Below are positions 62,530 through 64,000 of a stretch of 64,000 bases of DNA, piece after piece. The notes beneath the pieces were generated by a model. It searched no databases and was not told the DNA's origin. It saw nothing but the letters and a program-made list of their open reading frames with translations. The translations under genes and the position numbers were made by a program. The stretch is from Heptranchias perlo (taxonomy: Eukaryota), in the NCBI RefSeq assembly GCF_035084215.1, contig NC_090327.1, positions 44,268,001 to 44,332,000 on the forward strand, given 5' to 3'. How positions within the stretch are numbered: the stretch's first letter is position 1; each line of letters starts with the position of its first letter.

Positions 62530-63045
62530 GGTCCTGAAATCCTGGCCCAGATCAAGGGAGGAAAATGGGCAGATTGGCCACCAGTGGCCGGAATTTGGGT
62601 CAGAACCTGGTTCCGTTGGGATTTCACCCCATTTTTTGCTTGCAGCCATTTTCTGGCAGGAATCTACTGCCTGCAACCCTCACATCTAGGGAACATGAGT
62701 CCTGCTGAGGCCTGTAAAAAGGCCCCAAATATTTCACTAGGGAAAAGTAATTGATCCCAGAGGGAGTCAGTTATCTTTCTCAATAAACCTGCTTGCTCCA
62801 TTGGGAACAAAAGACTAGAAGAGACCACTTCTCTTCAGGACCTTGCTGGGCCTCCTCTCTGCTGTTGGAGTGTCATGGCGCTGCTCCAACGTTCTGCTAG
62901 TGGTTTAGGTTGCATGCCACTGATATGCGCTCGCAGGTGGCCTGCCTTGGCCATGCAGATGATTCTCCCCTTGGAGCTGGAGTGGGCAGGTGCTCTGATC
63001 CACCGCACTTACGCTAGTGGACTAGACCCCCAGGAATTTCAGCCC
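62530..63045. mobile_element. Harbinger-type MITE-like element
   Basis: Imperfect TIRs GTCCTGAAATCCTGG / CCAGGAATTTCAGCCC; internal similarity to ~31420-31930. Confidence 0.6.
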
Positions 63046-64000
63046 AATTACTTGGTGCTCAATCCTGCCATATCAATAGTTTAGGAATATAAGCTGGAAT
63101 GAAGCTGTGAATGTCAGATCGGATTTTTAAAGGCTTAGTGTATAGTCAACAATATTGTAGACATTTTAAGGGATAACATTTTATATCAGCTTAAATTTTG
63201 GATCAGACTCCATTTCAGACTACTATTTATAATGAGAAACAAAGTATGCAAAATTATGATTTTAAAAAAATTATAGAACATTCATCATGAAAAACGAGTC
63301 TTATTGTTATGGTGACTATTGTTATCATTGAAACATGCTTTACTAGTGTACTTTTCTGTTTTATATTCCTTAAAATTATCCAGATCACTACATTATTGCA
63401 TGCATGGGTATCTCTAAACGCTTTGCTAAACAAGCTGGGGCAAGCTTGTGAAATCTTCTGAATAGTAAATTTCATGTCTTGCCTCCCAAATGCCTCATCG
63501 CATATGCGGTCTGGAACATTCGTTCCCATTTCCAATTAGTAAAATATCCATGTGGTTTATGATTGGGGTGATGGATCTGTCGGTGAGCAATGGAGGCGAT
63601 TTCTCAACTCCTCTGCATTCCCATAGGCATGCAGGATTTGACAGATTGGACATAAGTACCATGGAGGAGTCTGACACAGATGGTGTAATTAGAAAATGCG
63701 AAGTGAGGGTGTGAAATTTATCTCTGATCAGCACCTTCTTGCCAGATTGTCATCTATGTTAATATTAAGCAGTTTCTCAGATATATAAAAAACAGCAGCC
63801 TTGAGGTAGACTATATACTATTGTGATATGCTTTTGAGTCACAAAATGTCATTCATTTTGTCACATTTGTATTCTTCGTGACAGCTGATTATTTTAACGA
63901 GTCGAAAAAAAATGTAATTACTCTTATGTTTTATGGCAAATATTACTAAATGAATAATCAGAAAAGATGCAACGGAAAGTATTTAATTGTTCTCGCTGTT

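Overview
Eukaryotic (vertebrate) non-coding DNA. The repeat families (CR1 LINEs with an esterase ORF1, DeuSINE/SacSINE1-like SINEs, L2 tails, PIF/Harbinger DNA transposons) point to a cartilaginous fish; this is inference from repeat content, not a database match. I found no convincing host protein-coding gene, so the window is probably intronic or intergenic. It is a mosaic of nested transposons in AT-rich unique DNA with a few enhancer-like islands. The richest structure is a two-gene PIF/Harbinger system (DDE transposase plus a convergent 3-exon Myb/SANT-like gene). It appears as a complete 4.3-kb copy with TIRs and TSD, a copy lacking the catalytic core, a copy with a 15x25-bp minisatellite at its deletion junction, older relics, and several ~0.6-kb MITE-like elements. 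Other notable items are a perfect 28-bp fold-back at the 5' end of a young CR1, a bipartite SINE joining the 5' and 3' ends of a local LINE, and a 55-bp hairpin. All alignments were made by eye.
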